Numbered from the stretch's first letter, positions 27,853-38,175 are shown. The stretch is 64,000 nt of DNA from an uncultured Eubacteriales bacterium (GCA_900547745.1 URHT01000005.1:18838-82837); one strand, 5' to 3'. The notes: generated by a model from the sequence alone, not told the origin. Numbers and translations are program-made.

Positions 27853-28725
27853 TCAGCGCTTGGTGCCCACGAAGAACAGACCCATGGTGTTGGGACCGGT
27901 ATGGCTGCCGATCACCGGGCCGATGTAGTTGATGTAGACCTCCTTCACACCGTAGCGGGCCTTCAGCTCCTCGGCCACAGCGCGGGCCTCCACCTCGCAG
28001 TCGGCGTGGCAGATGAACATCACCTGCTCGCTGGGCTCGATGCCCAGCTCCGCCACCTTGTCGATAAGGGCCTGCAGGCTGGCCTTGCGGCCTCGGGCCT
28101 TGCTGACGGGCACCAGCTTGCCCTCGTCGGAGGTGTGCATCACCGGCTTGATGGACAGCATCGTGCCCAGGAAGGCGGTGGTGGCGGACACACGGCCGCC
28201 CATCTTCAGATAGTTCAGATCGTCCACGGTGAACCAGTGGTCGACGTGCAGCTTGTTGTCCTCCACCCACTGCACCAGCTCCGGGGCGGACAGACCCTCC
28301 CGCTTCTTCTGCACGGCCAGATAGAGCAGCAGGCCCTGCCCCAGCGAAGCGGACAGGGAGTCCACCACATATACCCGGCTGTCGGGGAACTCGTCGGCCA
28401 TGGTTTTGGCGGCGATACAGGCATTCTGATAGGTGGCGGACAAGGCGCTGGAGAAGTTGATGCACACGATGTCCTTGTCCTGCGCCAGCACGGCGCGCAT
28501 GGCGTCCTCGAACTGACCCACGTTGGCGGCGGAGGTGGTGCCCAGCACGCCGCTGCGGATGTTCCTGTAGAAATCCTCGAAGCTGATCTGGCTGCCGTCC
28601 AGCATGTTGGCGTAGTCGTGGCCGTCCATATGTACGGTCAGGGGCACCACGTTCAGCTCCAGCTCCCGGGCCATGTGGTCGGTCAGATCGCAGCAGCTGT
28701 CGGTCATGATGATATAGTCACGCAT
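27853..28725 (-). CDS. DegV family fatty acid-binding protein
   Basis: TDSCCDL, SSALSATY, DSLSASLGQG, YLKMGGRV, SHTGP. Confidence 0.94.
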   Translation of the reverse strand: MRDYIIMTDSCCDLTDHMARELELNVVPLTVHMDGHDYANMLDGSQISFEDFYRNIRSGVLGTTSAANVGQFEDAMRAVLAQDKDIVCINFSSALSATYQNACIAAKTMADEFPDSRVYVVDSLSASLGQGLLLYLAVQKKREGLSAPELVQWVEDNKLHVDHWFTVDDLNYLKMGGRVSATTAFLGTMLSIKPVMHTSDEGKLVPVSKARGRKASLQALIDKVAELGIEPSEQVMFICHADCEVEARAVAEELKARYGVKEVYINYIGPVIGSHTGPNTMGLFFVGTKR

Positions 28726-28848
28726 AGCAAAAGCCTCCTTTGATCGGATGGTGTATCCGTTTTGTCACGATACCCCATCATATCACGAAAATCTCCGTAT
28801 GAAAAGGGAAAAAACGGAAAAGTTCCGCATGGTTCACAAAAGCCGCAG

Positions 28849-30216
28849 TCATTTTCCCACGCAGAACCGGGAGAAGATGGTGTCCACCAGATCCTCCCGG
28901 ATGCGTTTGCCGTTCAGCTCGCCCAGCGCCTCCAGCGCCGCCTCACAGTCCGTCAGCACCACGTCCGGCGTTATGCCGATGCGCAGGGCGCTGCGGGCCT
29001 CCGTCACGGCGCTGAGCGCCCGGGACACGGCGTCCGCCTGTCTGGCGTTGGTCAGCAGCTCCCCGGCGGGGGTCTCTCCGGCTGGATACAGCGCCGCCAC
29101 CGCGTCCGCCAGCGTGTCCAGCCCCGCCCCGGTCTGGGCGGAGATGCTCAGTACGTTGTCGAACCGGTCGGCCAGCCGCCCCACGTCCAGCCGCCGGGGC
29201 AGGTCGCTCTTGTTCACCAGCACCAGCAGGTTGGGCACGTTCTGTGCCGCGGCAATGGCCTGCTCGTCCTCCTCCGTCAGCTCCTGCGAGCCGTCCAGCA
29301 CCAGCAGCGCCAGCGATGCCCGCTGCGCCGCCTGACGGCTGCGCTCCACGCCTATGGCCTCGATGCGGTCGCCGCTGTCGCGGATACCGGCGGTGTCCGT
29401 CAGACGCAGCAGTACGCCGCCCACCAGCACCTTTTCCTCCACGGTGTCCCGGGTGGTGCCGGCGATGTCGGTGACGATGGCCCGGTCATACCCCAGCAGA
29501 GCGTTGAGCAGGGAGGATTTCCCCGCGTTGGGCCGTCCCAGAATGACAGTGGGTACGCCCAGCTTTAAGAGCTGTCCCCGGGAGAAGGTGGCCAGCAGCG
29601 TCTCCAGCTCCTGCTGAGAGGTGCGCAGCGTGTCCAGCATCTGCTCACGCTGCACGTCCTCGATGTCCTCGTCGGGGTAGTCCACCACGGCGTAAAACCG
29701 CGCTGCCATGTCCATCAGAGCATTGTAGATGCGGCCGATGGCACGGCTCAGGGCGCCGTCCAGCTGGCACGCCGCATTTTTTGCCGCCTCCGCCGTTTCC
29801 GCGTCGATAAGGTCAGCCACGGACTCCGCCTGGATGAGATCCATCCGCCCGTTGAGGAAGGCCCGCCGGGTGAACTCGCCGCCCTTGGCCTGCCGACATC
29901 CGGCGGCAAACAGCGACGCCAGCCCCGCGTTCAGTACCACCGGCGAGCCATGACAGTGCAGCTCGGCGCAGTCCTCGCCGGTATAGCTGTTCGGCCCGGG
30001 GAACCGGACGCACAGCACATGGTCAATGATGCTGCCGCTCTCATCCAGCAGGTCGCCGTACACCATACGGCGTGGCGCCTGCTCCCCGGCAGGGCGGCCG
30101 TTTCCGGCGCGGAACACGCGCTCCAGCGCAGTCAGCGTACCCGGCCCGGACAGGCGGAGGATGCCGATGGCGCTGGGCAGCTGGGGCGTGGCGATGGCGG
30201 CGATGGTATCGGACAT
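28849..30216 (-). CDS. mnmE: tRNA modification GTPase MnmE
   Basis: DTIAAIAT, SYTGED..E.HCHG, GRPNAGKSS, GTTRD, DTAG, FCVGK. Confidence 0.97.
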   Translation of the reverse strand: MSDTIAAIATPQLPSAIGILRLSGPGTLTALERVFRAGNGRPAGEQAPRRMVYGDLLDESGSIIDHVLCVRFPGPNSYTGEDCAELHCHGSPVVLNAGLASLFAAGCRQAKGGEFTRRAFLNGRMDLIQAESVADLIDAETAEAAKNAACQLDGALSRAIGRIYNALMDMAARFYAVVDYPDEDIEDVQREQMLDTLRTSQQELETLLATFSRGQLLKLGVPTVILGRPNAGKSSLLNALLGYDRAIVTDIAGTTRDTVEEKVLVGGVLLRLTDTAGIRDSGDRIEAIGVERSRQAAQRASLALLVLDGSQELTEEDEQAIAAAQNVPNLLVLVNKSDLPRRLDVGRLADRFDNVLSISAQTGAGLDTLADAVAALYPAGETPAGELLTNARQADAVSRALSAVTEARSALRIGITPDVVLTDCEAALEALGELNGKRIREDLVDTIFSRFCVGK

Positions 30217-30268
30217 AGGTGGTGCCTCCTTGCAGTGATTTCCTCCAGTATAGCACGGGAGGCGGGGA

Positions 30269-30309
30269 AAAAACAAGAGACACGCCCCAGCGGCGTGTCT
30301 CCTGTTTTG
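30269..30309 (-). terminator. terminator after rnfB
   Basis: AAAACAGGAGACACGCC...GGCGTGTCTCTTGTTTTTT on the minus strand. Confidence 0.8.
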
Positions 30310-30317
30310 TAGATTGG

Positions 30318-31217
30318 TTACTCGGCCTTGGGAGCCTCGGCAGCTTCAGCGGCGGCCTTGGCGGCAGCGGCCTTCTTCTCGGCGGCAGCCTTCTGCGCGG
30401 CCTTGAACTTCTCCTTCTCCTCGGGAGTGGGGATAGGCTCGATGGCGTTGCGCGGGCAGGCCTTGGCGCACATGGTGCAGTTCTTGCACTTGCTGTAGTC
30501 GATGACGGCCACATTGTCCACAACGTGGATGGCGTCGAACTTACAGGTACGCTCGCACATACCGCAGGCGATGCAGCTGGAGGCGCACACCTTGGTGACA
30601 GTGGGGCCCTTGTCCTTGTTGGAGCAGTTGACGAACACCTTCTGCTTGTAGGGCACCTCCACGATCAGGTGGTGCGGGCAGGCAGCGCGGCAGGCGCCGC
30701 AGTTGGTGCACTTTTCCTTGTCCACCACAGCCACGCCGTTGATGACGTGGATGGCGTCGAACTTACAGGCCTCCGCGCAGGAGCCGAAGCCGAAGCAGCC
30801 GTAACGGCAGGCCTTGGCGTCGCCGCCGCAGACCTTGGTAGCGGCCAGACAGTCCTTCACGCCGCGATACTCGAAGTTCTCCTTGGCGTTGCAGCCGCCG
30901 TTGCACAGCACATGGGCCACCATCTTGTCGCCGGAGGGAGCCTCCAAGCCCATGATGGCCGCGATCTTGGCGGCGTTCTCGGGGCCGGCGGGAGCGCAGG
31001 CGGTGACGGGAGCCTTACCGGCCAGAATGGCCTCGGCGCAGCCGCCGCAGCCGGGATAACCGCAGCCGCCGCAGTTGGCGCCGGCCAGACATGCCTGGAT
31101 CTCAGGCAGGCGGGGGTCGACCTCGACCTCGAACACCTTGGCCGCGATCGCAAGGATCAGACCGAAGATGATAGCGAGAGCGCCCAGTACGACGATCGCC
31201 CAAATCAAAGTAGTCAT
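30318..31217 (-). CDS. rnfB: Rnf complex subunit B
   Basis: N-terminal TM, GANCGGCGYPGC, multiple ferredoxin CxxCxxCxxxC motifs. Confidence 0.95.
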   Translation of the reverse strand: MTTLIWAIVVLGALAIIFGLILAIAAKVFEVEVDPRLPEIQACLAGANCGGCGYPGCGGCAEAILAGKAPVTACAPAGPENAAKIAAIMGLEAPSGDKMVAHVLCNGGCNAKENFEYRGVKDCLAATKVCGGDAKACRYGCFGFGSCAEACKFDAIHVINGVAVVDKEKCTNCGACRAACPHHLIVEVPYKQKVFVNCSNKDKGPTVTKVCASSCIACGMCERTCKFDAIHVVDNVAVIDYSKCKNCTMCAKACPRNAIEPIPTPEEKEKFKAAQKAAAEKKAAAAKAAAEAAEAPKAE

Positions 31218-31231
31218 ATTCTTCTACCTCC

Positions 31232-31819
31232 TTACCAGACCTTCAGGCCGCTGAAGCCCATGAACGCCAGAGCGATCAGGCCGGCGGTGACCAGCGCGAT
31301 GGGGAAGCCATCGAAGGCCTTGGGGTTCTCGCTGGAGACCTCCAGCTGCTCGCGGATAGCGGCAAACAGGAAGATGGCCAGCAGGAAGCCCAGACCGCCG
31401 GTGATACCGAAGACCACGGACTCAATGAAGTTGTACTCATTCTGGGTGTTCAGCAGAGCAACGCCCAGCACGGCGCAGTTGGTGGTGATCAGGGGCAGGT
31501 ACACGCCCAGCGCGGTGTACAGAGTGGGGATGTTCTTCTTCAGGAACATTTCCACGAACTGCACCAGCGCGGCGATGACCAGAATGTAGGCCACCGTCTG
31601 CATGAAGCCCAGATCAAAGGCGATGAGGATCTTGTTGACGCCGAAGCAGACGGCGGAGGCCAGACCCATGACGAAGGTCACGGCGGCGCCCATGCCCACG
31701 GCGGTGTCGATCTTCTTGGACACGCCCAGGAAGGGGCAGATGCCCAGGAACTGCGCGAAGATAAAGTTATTGGTCAGAATTGCGCCAAGAGAGATGGCGA
31801 GCAGTGTAGTTACAGTCAT
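31232..31819 (-). CDS. rnfA: Rnf complex subunit A
   Basis: FLGICPFLGVS, LPLITTNCAVLG. Confidence 0.95.
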   Translation of the reverse strand: MTVTTLLAISLGAILTNNFIFAQFLGICPFLGVSKKIDTAVGMGAAVTFVMGLASAVCFGVNKILIAFDLGFMQTVAYILVIAALVQFVEMFLKKNIPTLYTALGVYLPLITTNCAVLGVALLNTQNEYNFIESVVFGITGGLGFLLAIFLFAAIREQLEVSSENPKAFDGFPIALVTAGLIALAFMGFSGLKVW

Positions 31820-31822
31820 GAC

Positions 31823-32470
31823 TTACTTGGCCTCCTTTTTCTTAGCACTCTTGGCCAGAGCCCACTGCATCAGTGCGATGAGGCAGCCCAGGGTCAGGAA
31901 GCCGCCCACGGGCAGAGTCAGGACCTTGATGCCGAACTCCTCGGGGAAGATGGTGATGCCGGGTGCGCTGCCCAGCGCACCGCCGCCCAGCAGACCGCCG
32001 CCGAACTTGCCGGAGCCGAAGAATTCACGGAACACGCACATCACGATCAGCACCAGCGTGTAGCCGATGCCCTGGCAGATGCCGTCCACAGCGGAGGCGC
32101 CCACGCCGTTCTTGGAGGCAAAGCCCTCGGCGCGGCCCAGAATGATGCAGTTCACGACGATCAGGGGGATGAACACGCCCAGAGAGTTGGACAGAGCGGG
32201 GACGAACGCCTTCAGCAGCAGGTCGACGCAGGTCACGAAGCCGGCGATGACCACGATGTAGCAGGCGATACGCACTTCATTGGGGATGATCTTGCGCAGC
32301 AGGGAGATAAAGATGTTGGACAGGGTCAGGATGATCAGCACGCTGACGCCCATGCCCAGGCCGTTGAAGAACGACGTGGTGATGGCCATGGTGGAGCACA
32401 TACCCAGCACCTGCACCAGCACGGGGTTTTGGGTGATCAGACCCTCTTTCAGTTGCTTACCGAAATTCAT
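31823..32470 (-). CDS. rnfE: Rnf complex subunit E
   Basis: NPVLVQVLGMCS, IPLIVVNCIILGRAE. Confidence 0.95.
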   Translation of the reverse strand: MNFGKQLKEGLITQNPVLVQVLGMCSTMAITTSFFNGLGMGVSVLIILTLSNIFISLLRKIIPNEVRIACYIVVIAGFVTCVDLLLKAFVPALSNSLGVFIPLIVVNCIILGRAEGFASKNGVGASAVDGICQGIGYTLVLIVMCVFREFFGSGKFGGGLLGGGALGSAPGITIFPEEFGIKVLTLPVGGFLTLGCLIALMQWALAKSAKKKEAK

Positions 32471-32488
32471 AATGCAGCTCCTCCTTTC

Positions 32489-33082
32489 TTAGCCCAGCAC
32501 TTCGGCAACAGCCAGAGCGGCGTTGGCGCCCATGTTGATGCCCTTGGTGGAGACGGTGGCGCCGGAGACGGCGGTGATGTTCTTGCCCACCACCAGAGAG
32601 CCTGCGCCGCTCATACCGATGAACTGATCCAGAACGGGCACACCGGCGGCGTTGGGCTCATTGCCCACCACCTTGGTGCCGATGCCGGACGTCTCGGCGT
32701 GGCTGACCACGGAGATGCCGGTGATGGCCTTGGCGGCGTCCACGCCCACCATCATCACGATGGTGCCCTGGGAGCCGGAGGCGGAGATCTTCATCACATA
32801 GCCGGCATCCGCGCCGCCGTTGGTGACGCCGTACAGCTCGGTGAGCTTACCGCCCTGCGCGGAAGCGGCCTCGGCCATGGCCTCGGTGATGTCCAGCTTG
32901 TCGGTGAACTCGCTGCCCTCGGGGACAACGGCGCTCATGGCGATGCGGGTGTTTTCCGCGTCAATGGCCGCGATCTTGTCGGCGGTGACGTTGTTGACCA
33001 GACCCAGCAGGGCGGCAACGATCAGGGAGATAACGGTCAGGGTACCGGCGACCTTCAGAATAAACTTACCGGAGATCTTCAT
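32489..33082 (-). CDS. rnfG: Rnf complex subunit G
   Basis: TM plus ETSGIG, FMN-attachment motif SGATVS. Confidence 0.92.
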   Translation of the reverse strand: MKISGKFILKVAGTLTVISLIVAALLGLVNNVTADKIAAIDAENTRIAMSAVVPEGSEFTDKLDITEAMAEAASAQGGKLTELYGVTNGGADAGYVMKISASGSQGTIVMMVGVDAAKAITGISVVSHAETSGIGTKVVGNEPNAAGVPVLDQFIGMSGAGSLVVGKNITAVSGATVSTKGINMGANAALAVAEVLG

Positions 33083-34086
33083 TACTTAGCCGCCTCCTTC
33101 TTTTCTTTCTTCACAGCACCGTAGATGGTGGGACGGATATATTTATCCAGCAGCCAGGTGGTGCAGTTCATGATCAGGATGGAATAGCAAACGCCCTCGG
33201 GATAGGAACCGAAACGGCGGATGAAGCAGGTCAGCAGACCGCAGCCGACGCCGAAGATCAGCTGGCCGGGCTTGGTGACGGGGGAGGTGGCGTAGTCGGT
33301 GGCCATGAAGATGGCGCCCAGCATCAGACCGCCGCCAAACACGTTGTACAGCATGTAGTCCACGCCGCTGATACCGGCAGGCGCCGCGATCAGGGTCAGG
33401 ATAGCCACGGTGCCGATGTAGGCCACGGGGGTGTGCCAGGAGATGACCTTGCGGATCAGCAGGAACACGCCGCCCACCAGCAGGCACAGGGAGGAGACCT
33501 CACCCAGAGAGCCGCCGATCTTACCCAGGAACATATCGCTGACAGAGTAGTTGCTGGTCAGGGTGGTGAACGCCTCCACGGTACCCTCCTTCATGATCTG
33601 CAAGGGAGTAGCGGCGGAGGTGACGTCAGGACGGATCTGGGGGATGGCCCAGGTGGTCATGGCGGTGGCATAGCTGGCCAGCAGGAACGCACGGCCCGCC
33701 AGCGCGGGGTTCAGGAAGTTGCAGCCGATGCCGCCGTAGAGCTGCTTGACCACAACGATGGAGAAGAATGCGCCGATGATGACGGTCCACCAGGGCAGGT
33801 CAACGGGGCACACGAAGCTCAGCAGGATACCGGTGACAACTGCGGACAGGTCGCCGATCATGCTGGATTTCTTCATGAGCTTGCGGTAGGCCCACTCCCA
33901 GAACACGCAGGACACCACGGACACGGCGGTAAGGAGCAGCGCCTTCCAGCCGAAGCAGTAGACGCTCCACGCCAGAGCCGGCAGCAGCGCGATGATCACG
34001 TCCAGCATAATGGAGCGGGTATCCTCGTTGGAGCGGATGTGGGGGGAGGAGGACGCGATCAGCTTGAGATTCTTGTAATCAGTCAT
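33082..34086 (-). CDS. rnfD: Rnf complex subunit D
   Basis: SSPHI, GGIGCNFLNPALAGR, SAATPL, FMATDYATSP. Confidence 0.95.
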   Translation of the reverse strand: MTDYKNLKLIASSSPHIRSNEDTRSIMLDVIIALLPALAWSVYCFGWKALLLTAVSVVSCVFWEWAYRKLMKKSSMIGDLSAVVTGILLSFVCPVDLPWWTVIIGAFFSIVVVKQLYGGIGCNFLNPALAGRAFLLASYATAMTTWAIPQIRPDVTSAATPLQIMKEGTVEAFTTLTSNYSVSDMFLGKIGGSLGEVSSLCLLVGGVFLLIRKVISWHTPVAYIGTVAILTLIAAPAGISGVDYMLYNVFGGGLMLGAIFMATDYATSPVTKPGQLIFGVGCGLLTCFIRRFGSYPEGVCYSILIMNCTTWLLDKYIRPTIYGAVKKEKKEAAK

Positions 34087-34089
34087 GGT

Positions 34090-35463
34090 TTACGCCTCCT
34101 TCTTTTCGGCAGCGGCCTTTGCCTCGGCCTCCGCCTTGGCCTTGGCGGCCATTCTTGCGTTGTTGACCTCCTGCTTGCCCAGACGGAACGCATGGGTCAG
34201 GGGCAGGCGGGCGGGACAGGTATAGGTGCAGGCGCCGCACTCGATGCAGTCCATGCCGTGCAGCACGTTCTGCCAGGTATCCACGTCGCCCTTCATCAGG
34301 TACTTGTACATGAACACCGGCTCCAAACGGATGGGGCAGACGCCCACGCACTTACCGCAGCGGATGCACTGGGGATCCTCGACGTACTGCTCCTCCTTGT
34401 CGGCGAAGGCCAGCATGGCGCCGGTGCCCTTGCCCACGGTAACGTCCACGTCGTACTGGGCCAGACCCATCATCGGGCCGCCCATGATGAGCTTGTACGT
34501 CTCATCCTTCAGGCCGCCGCAGGCGTCGAACAGCTTGGAGATGGGGGTGCCGATGGGACACTCGATGTTCTTGGGCTCGATGACGCCGGAGCCGGACACG
34601 GTGACGATCTTGTTCACCACGGGCATGCCGGTGTACACCGCGCGGTAGATGGCGCAGGTGGTGTTCAGGTTGAAGATGCAGCAGCCTGCGTCGGCGGGCA
34701 GCTTGCCGCTGGGGACCTGACGGCCGGACACGGCCTGTACCAGCTGCTTCTCAGCGCCCTGGGGATAGCGGGTGTGCAGGACCTCTACCACCACGGGGGC
34801 ATTCAGCTCGGCGATGGTCTTGTTCAGCACGTCGGCCGCGTTCTGCTTGTTGGCCTCGATGCCGATGTACACCTTGTCCACGCCGAAGCACTTGGCCAGC
34901 AGGGTCGCACCCTTGATGACCTGCTCGGGACGCTCCAGACAGGTGCGGTGGTCGCCGGTGATGTACGGCTCGCACTCTGCGGCGTTGATGATCACATAGT
35001 CCACCTTGCCCAGACCGGAGCTGATCTTCACATGGGTGGGGAACGTTGCGCCGCCCTGGCCGACGATGCCGGCGTTTTTGACGATCTCCACCAGCTGCTC
35101 AGGCGTCAGGCTGTCGGGGTCCGCCACGGGCTTGACTTCCTCGGACACTTCGTTCTGGAAGTCGTTTTCGATGACCACGGACATCATCTTGCCGCCCATG
35201 TTGAAGGGGCGGGGCTCCACGGCCTTGACCGTGCCGGAGATGCTGGCGTGGATGGGTGCGGAAACGAATCCGCCGGGTTCGCCGATCCTCTGTCCAATTT
35301 TTACCTTGTCGCCCACCGAAACGATAGGCTTGCAAGGCGCACCGATGTGCATAGACATGGGAATGACCACCTCAGCCGGGGCTGCCAGCTGTTCGATGGC
35401 CTTTTCATTGGTCGCGGCCTTCATGTCATTGGGATGAACGCCGCCAAAGAAAGCTTGTGCCAT
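34090..35463 (-). CDS. rnfC: Rnf complex subunit C
   Basis: FFGGVHP, GIVGQGGATFPTHVK, AECEPYIT, CIRCGKC, CIECGAC; upstream TGGACA-17-TAATAT promoter. Confidence 0.96.
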   Translation of the reverse strand: MAQAFFGGVHPNDMKAATNEKAIEQLAAPAEVVIPMSMHIGAPCKPIVSVGDKVKIGQRIGEPGGFVSAPIHASISGTVKAVEPRPFNMGGKMMSVVIENDFQNEVSEEVKPVADPDSLTPEQLVEIVKNAGIVGQGGATFPTHVKISSGLGKVDYVIINAAECEPYITGDHRTCLERPEQVIKGATLLAKCFGVDKVYIGIEANKQNAADVLNKTIAELNAPVVVEVLHTRYPQGAEKQLVQAVSGRQVPSGKLPADAGCCIFNLNTTCAIYRAVYTGMPVVNKIVTVSGSGVIEPKNIECPIGTPISKLFDACGGLKDETYKLIMGGPMMGLAQYDVDVTVGKGTGAMLAFADKEEQYVEDPQCIRCGKCVGVCPIRLEPVFMYKYLMKGDVDTWQNVLHGMDCIECGACTYTCPARLPLTHAFRLGKQEVNNARMAAKAKAEAEAKAAAEKKEA

Positions 35464-35753
35464 TGTCTTCACCTCATCTTACTACCGGGTGGCACTATGC
35501 CACCGCATACTATATCAGATATTACAACAAAACTTTTCTCTTGTCCAGCCCCACGGCGGCAATTCCTGCGGTTTTTTGCCGTTTTTGTCGCCGGCTTGAC
35601 GGCCGCCGCTGCCGGAAAAGCCCGGTTTTGCCGTTTTCTGCCGTTTCCGCTCCGCTCCGGAGGGCACTTGTGTTTCCGCCGGCACTGTGTTAGAATATTA
35701 CCGCACCGGGCGGGAAATGCGTATGAGCCCCGTGCAGAAAGGAGGGCGGCGTC

Positions 35754-36530
35754 ATGCTGCTTGACCGCGTTTCCATAAAGAGCGAGGCGAAGGACATCGT
35801 TAAAAATGCCAGCGTCTCCGCGTACCTGTTCACTCTGCTGTTTCTGGCCCTCTCGTGGCTGCTCGCCGGCATGTCTGACTATGTCTCCTTGAATGAGGAG
35901 ACGGTATACAATATTTATTATGCCACCGGCGTGGATCTGTCGTTCCTTGTGCTGCACCGCGCCTTCCCGGCCCTGCTGGTGACGTTCATCACCATTCTGG
36001 CGGCGCTGCTGGGCGTGCTGCTGGAGATCGGCTACATCCTGTACCATCTGGGCATTCGCCGGGGCCGGGAGATGCCGTACCTGACGCTGTTCGATGGGTT
36101 CTCCTTCGCCGGAAAGGTGATCCTGCTGTACATCGTCCAGTATATCTTCATCTTCCTGTGGAGCCTGCTGTTCATCGTTCCCGGCATCATCGCCGCCTAC
36201 CGCTACCGCTTCGCCTACTACAACCTGTGCGAGAACCCGGATATGGGCGTGATGGAGGCCCTCAACATGAGCAAGGCCCAGACCGCCGGCTTCAAGTGGC
36301 AGCTGTTCGTGCTGGATCTCAGCTTTCTGGGCTGGATGCTGCTGTGCGGTCTGACGCTGGGCATCCTCAGCATCTGGGTGCAGCCCTACATTCTCCAGAC
36401 CAACGTGGGCTATTTCCAGCAGATCAAGGCCGCCAAGGGCATCGGCTGGACACCCCGCGGCCCGGAGGGGGAGGATCACACCTTCCACCCCAACGACCCC
36501 TTTGACAACACGGACAATACAGGACTGTAA
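35754..36530 (+). CDS. DUF975 family membrane protein
   Basis: FLWSLLFIVPGIIAAYRY, S...GFKWQLFVLDLSFLGW. Confidence 0.88.
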   Translation: MLLDRVSIKSEAKDIVKNASVSAYLFTLLFLALSWLLAGMSDYVSLNEETVYNIYYATGVDLSFLVLHRAFPALLVTFITILAALLGVLLEIGYILYHLGIRRGREMPYLTLFDGFSFAGKVILLYIVQYIFIFLWSLLFIVPGIIAAYRYRFAYYNLCENPDMGVMEALNMSKAQTAGFKWQLFVLDLSFLGWMLLCGLTLGILSIWVQPYILQTNVGYFQQIKAAKGIGWTPRGPEGEDHTFHPNDPFDNTDNTGL

Positions 36531-36547
36531 TGTTCCCAACAGAAGGA

Positions 36548-36586
36548 CAGGGAGACAACCTTACGGTTGTCTCCCTGAAAATTTTT
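36548..36586 (+). terminator. terminator after the DUF975 gene
   Basis: CAGGGAGACAACC TTAC GGTTGTCTCCCTG then AAAATTTTT. Confidence 0.75.
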
Positions 36587-36638
36587 GTACATCTTCAACA
36601 AATTTTGGCATAACCTGCGCTTCTTACACACGGGGACT

Positions 36639-36700
36639 TCATTAAATATTTAACAATAAACGTTTTTCGGCTTGCAGTTAAATTCTTAACGTAGTAGACT
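36639..36700 (+). promoter_or_regulatory. sigma-A promoter of atoE with two Rex-like operators
   Basis: TTGCAG(36672)-17-TAGACT(36695); TCATTAA-ATAT-TTAACAA (36639-36656) and CAGTTAA-ATTC-TTAACGT (36675-36692). Confidence 0.6.
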
Positions 36701-36790
36701 ATTGCTATCCGGACACCGGCCGTTCTGGCAGGAACGGCCAGGCCCTCATCTGTACTCAAATAAAAACTGTGTTGTAAGGAGAGTGTCGCT

Positions 36791-38137
36791 GTGTTCAAAA
36801 AATTTACCAACGGCTGTGTGCGCGTAGTCAACCGGTGGCTGCCGGATGCATTCCTGTTCGCCATCATCCTGACGCTTGTGGTATTTGTGGGCGCCATGTG
36901 CGCCACGGGCATGGGCCCCATCGAGATCATCGCCAAGTGGGGCGATCAGAAGGGCGGCTTCTGGAATCTGCTGGCCTTCTCCATGCAGATGGCGCTGGTG
37001 CTGGTCTTCGGCTCCGCCATGGCCTCTGCCAAGCCCTGCAAGAAGGCGCTGCGCGCGGTGGCGGGTCTGTGCCACAACGAAAAGCAGGCGATTCTGGTCA
37101 CCACCTTCGTGTCCACCCTCTGCTGCTGGCTGAACTGGGGCTTCGGTCTGGTCATCGGTGCGCTGCTGGCCAAGGAGGTCGTGCGCCGCGTGCCCTCCGT
37201 GGACTATCCCCTGCTGATCGCCTCCGCCTACTCCGGCTTCGTGATCTGGCACGCCGGTCTGTCCGGCTCCATCCCTCTGGATCTGGTGGCCGGCAAGGCC
37301 TTCGGTGAGGTGACCTATCAGGCACCCATCACCGCCACGGTGTTCCACCCCATGAACCTCATCATGTGCGGCGTCATTCTGGTGCTGATGCCCTTTGTCA
37401 ACTATGCCATGCACCCCCACAAGGAGCATACCGTCACCGTCAACCCCGCGCTGCTGGTGGACGAGGCGGAGAAGGAGTATCCGCTGGATACCCCCGCCGA
37501 GAAGCTGGAGCACTCCAAGATCCTGTGGGTCATCACCGTGATCTTCGGCTTTATCTACATCGTGTACTACTTCGTGCAGAACGGCTTCACGCTGGGTCTG
37601 AACATCGTGAACATGATCTTCCTGTTTCTGGGCCTGCTGCTCCACGGCGACCTGCGCCGCTATGTGGACGCCATCGGCGAGGCTGCTGCCGGCGCCGCCG
37701 GTATCCTGCTGCAGTTCCCGTTCTATGCCGGTATCATGGGCATGATGGTGGCTGCCAACGACCAGGGCGTGTCTCTGGCGGGCGTTATCTCCGAGTTCTT
37801 CGTGAGCATCTCCAACAGCGTGACGTTCCCCATGCTGTCCTTCCTGGCAGCCGGTATCGTCAACTTCTTCGTCCCCTCCGGCGGCGGCCAGTGGGCCGTG
37901 CAGGGGCCCATTATGATGCCTGCCGGCGCGGAAATGGGTATCGAGGCTGGTCGTACCGCCATGGCTATCGCCTGGGGTGACCAGTGGACGAATATGATCC
38001 AGCCGTTCTGGGCGCTGCCTGCGCTGGGTATCGCCAAGCTGTCCGCCCGCGACATCATGGGCTATCTGGTGGTGGTTCTGCTGTTCACCGGCGTGGTGGC
38101 CTGCCTCGGCTTCCTGGGCTGGGCTCTGCTCTTCTGA
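36791..38137 (+). CDS. atoE: short-chain fatty acid transporter (AtoE family)
   Basis: WLPDAFLFA, LLAFSMQMAL, NWGFGL, VPSGGGQWAVQGP, WTNMIQPFWALP. Confidence 0.93.
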   Translation: MFKKFTNGCVRVVNRWLPDAFLFAIILTLVVFVGAMCATGMGPIEIIAKWGDQKGGFWNLLAFSMQMALVLVFGSAMASAKPCKKALRAVAGLCHNEKQAILVTTFVSTLCCWLNWGFGLVIGALLAKEVVRRVPSVDYPLLIASAYSGFVIWHAGLSGSIPLDLVAGKAFGEVTYQAPITATVFHPMNLIMCGVILVLMPFVNYAMHPHKEHTVTVNPALLVDEAEKEYPLDTPAEKLEHSKILWVITVIFGFIYIVYYFVQNGFTLGLNIVNMIFLFLGLLLHGDLRRYVDAIGEAAAGAAGILLQFPFYAGIMGMMVAANDQGVSLAGVISEFFVSISNSVTFPMLSFLAAGIVNFFVPSGGGQWAVQGPIMMPAGAEMGIEAGRTAMAIAWGDQWTNMIQPFWALPALGIAKLSARDIMGYLVVVLLFTGVVACLGFLGWALLF

Positions 38138-38175
38138 GATATTCACTTCCTCACATATCTCCCCCTTATACCCGC

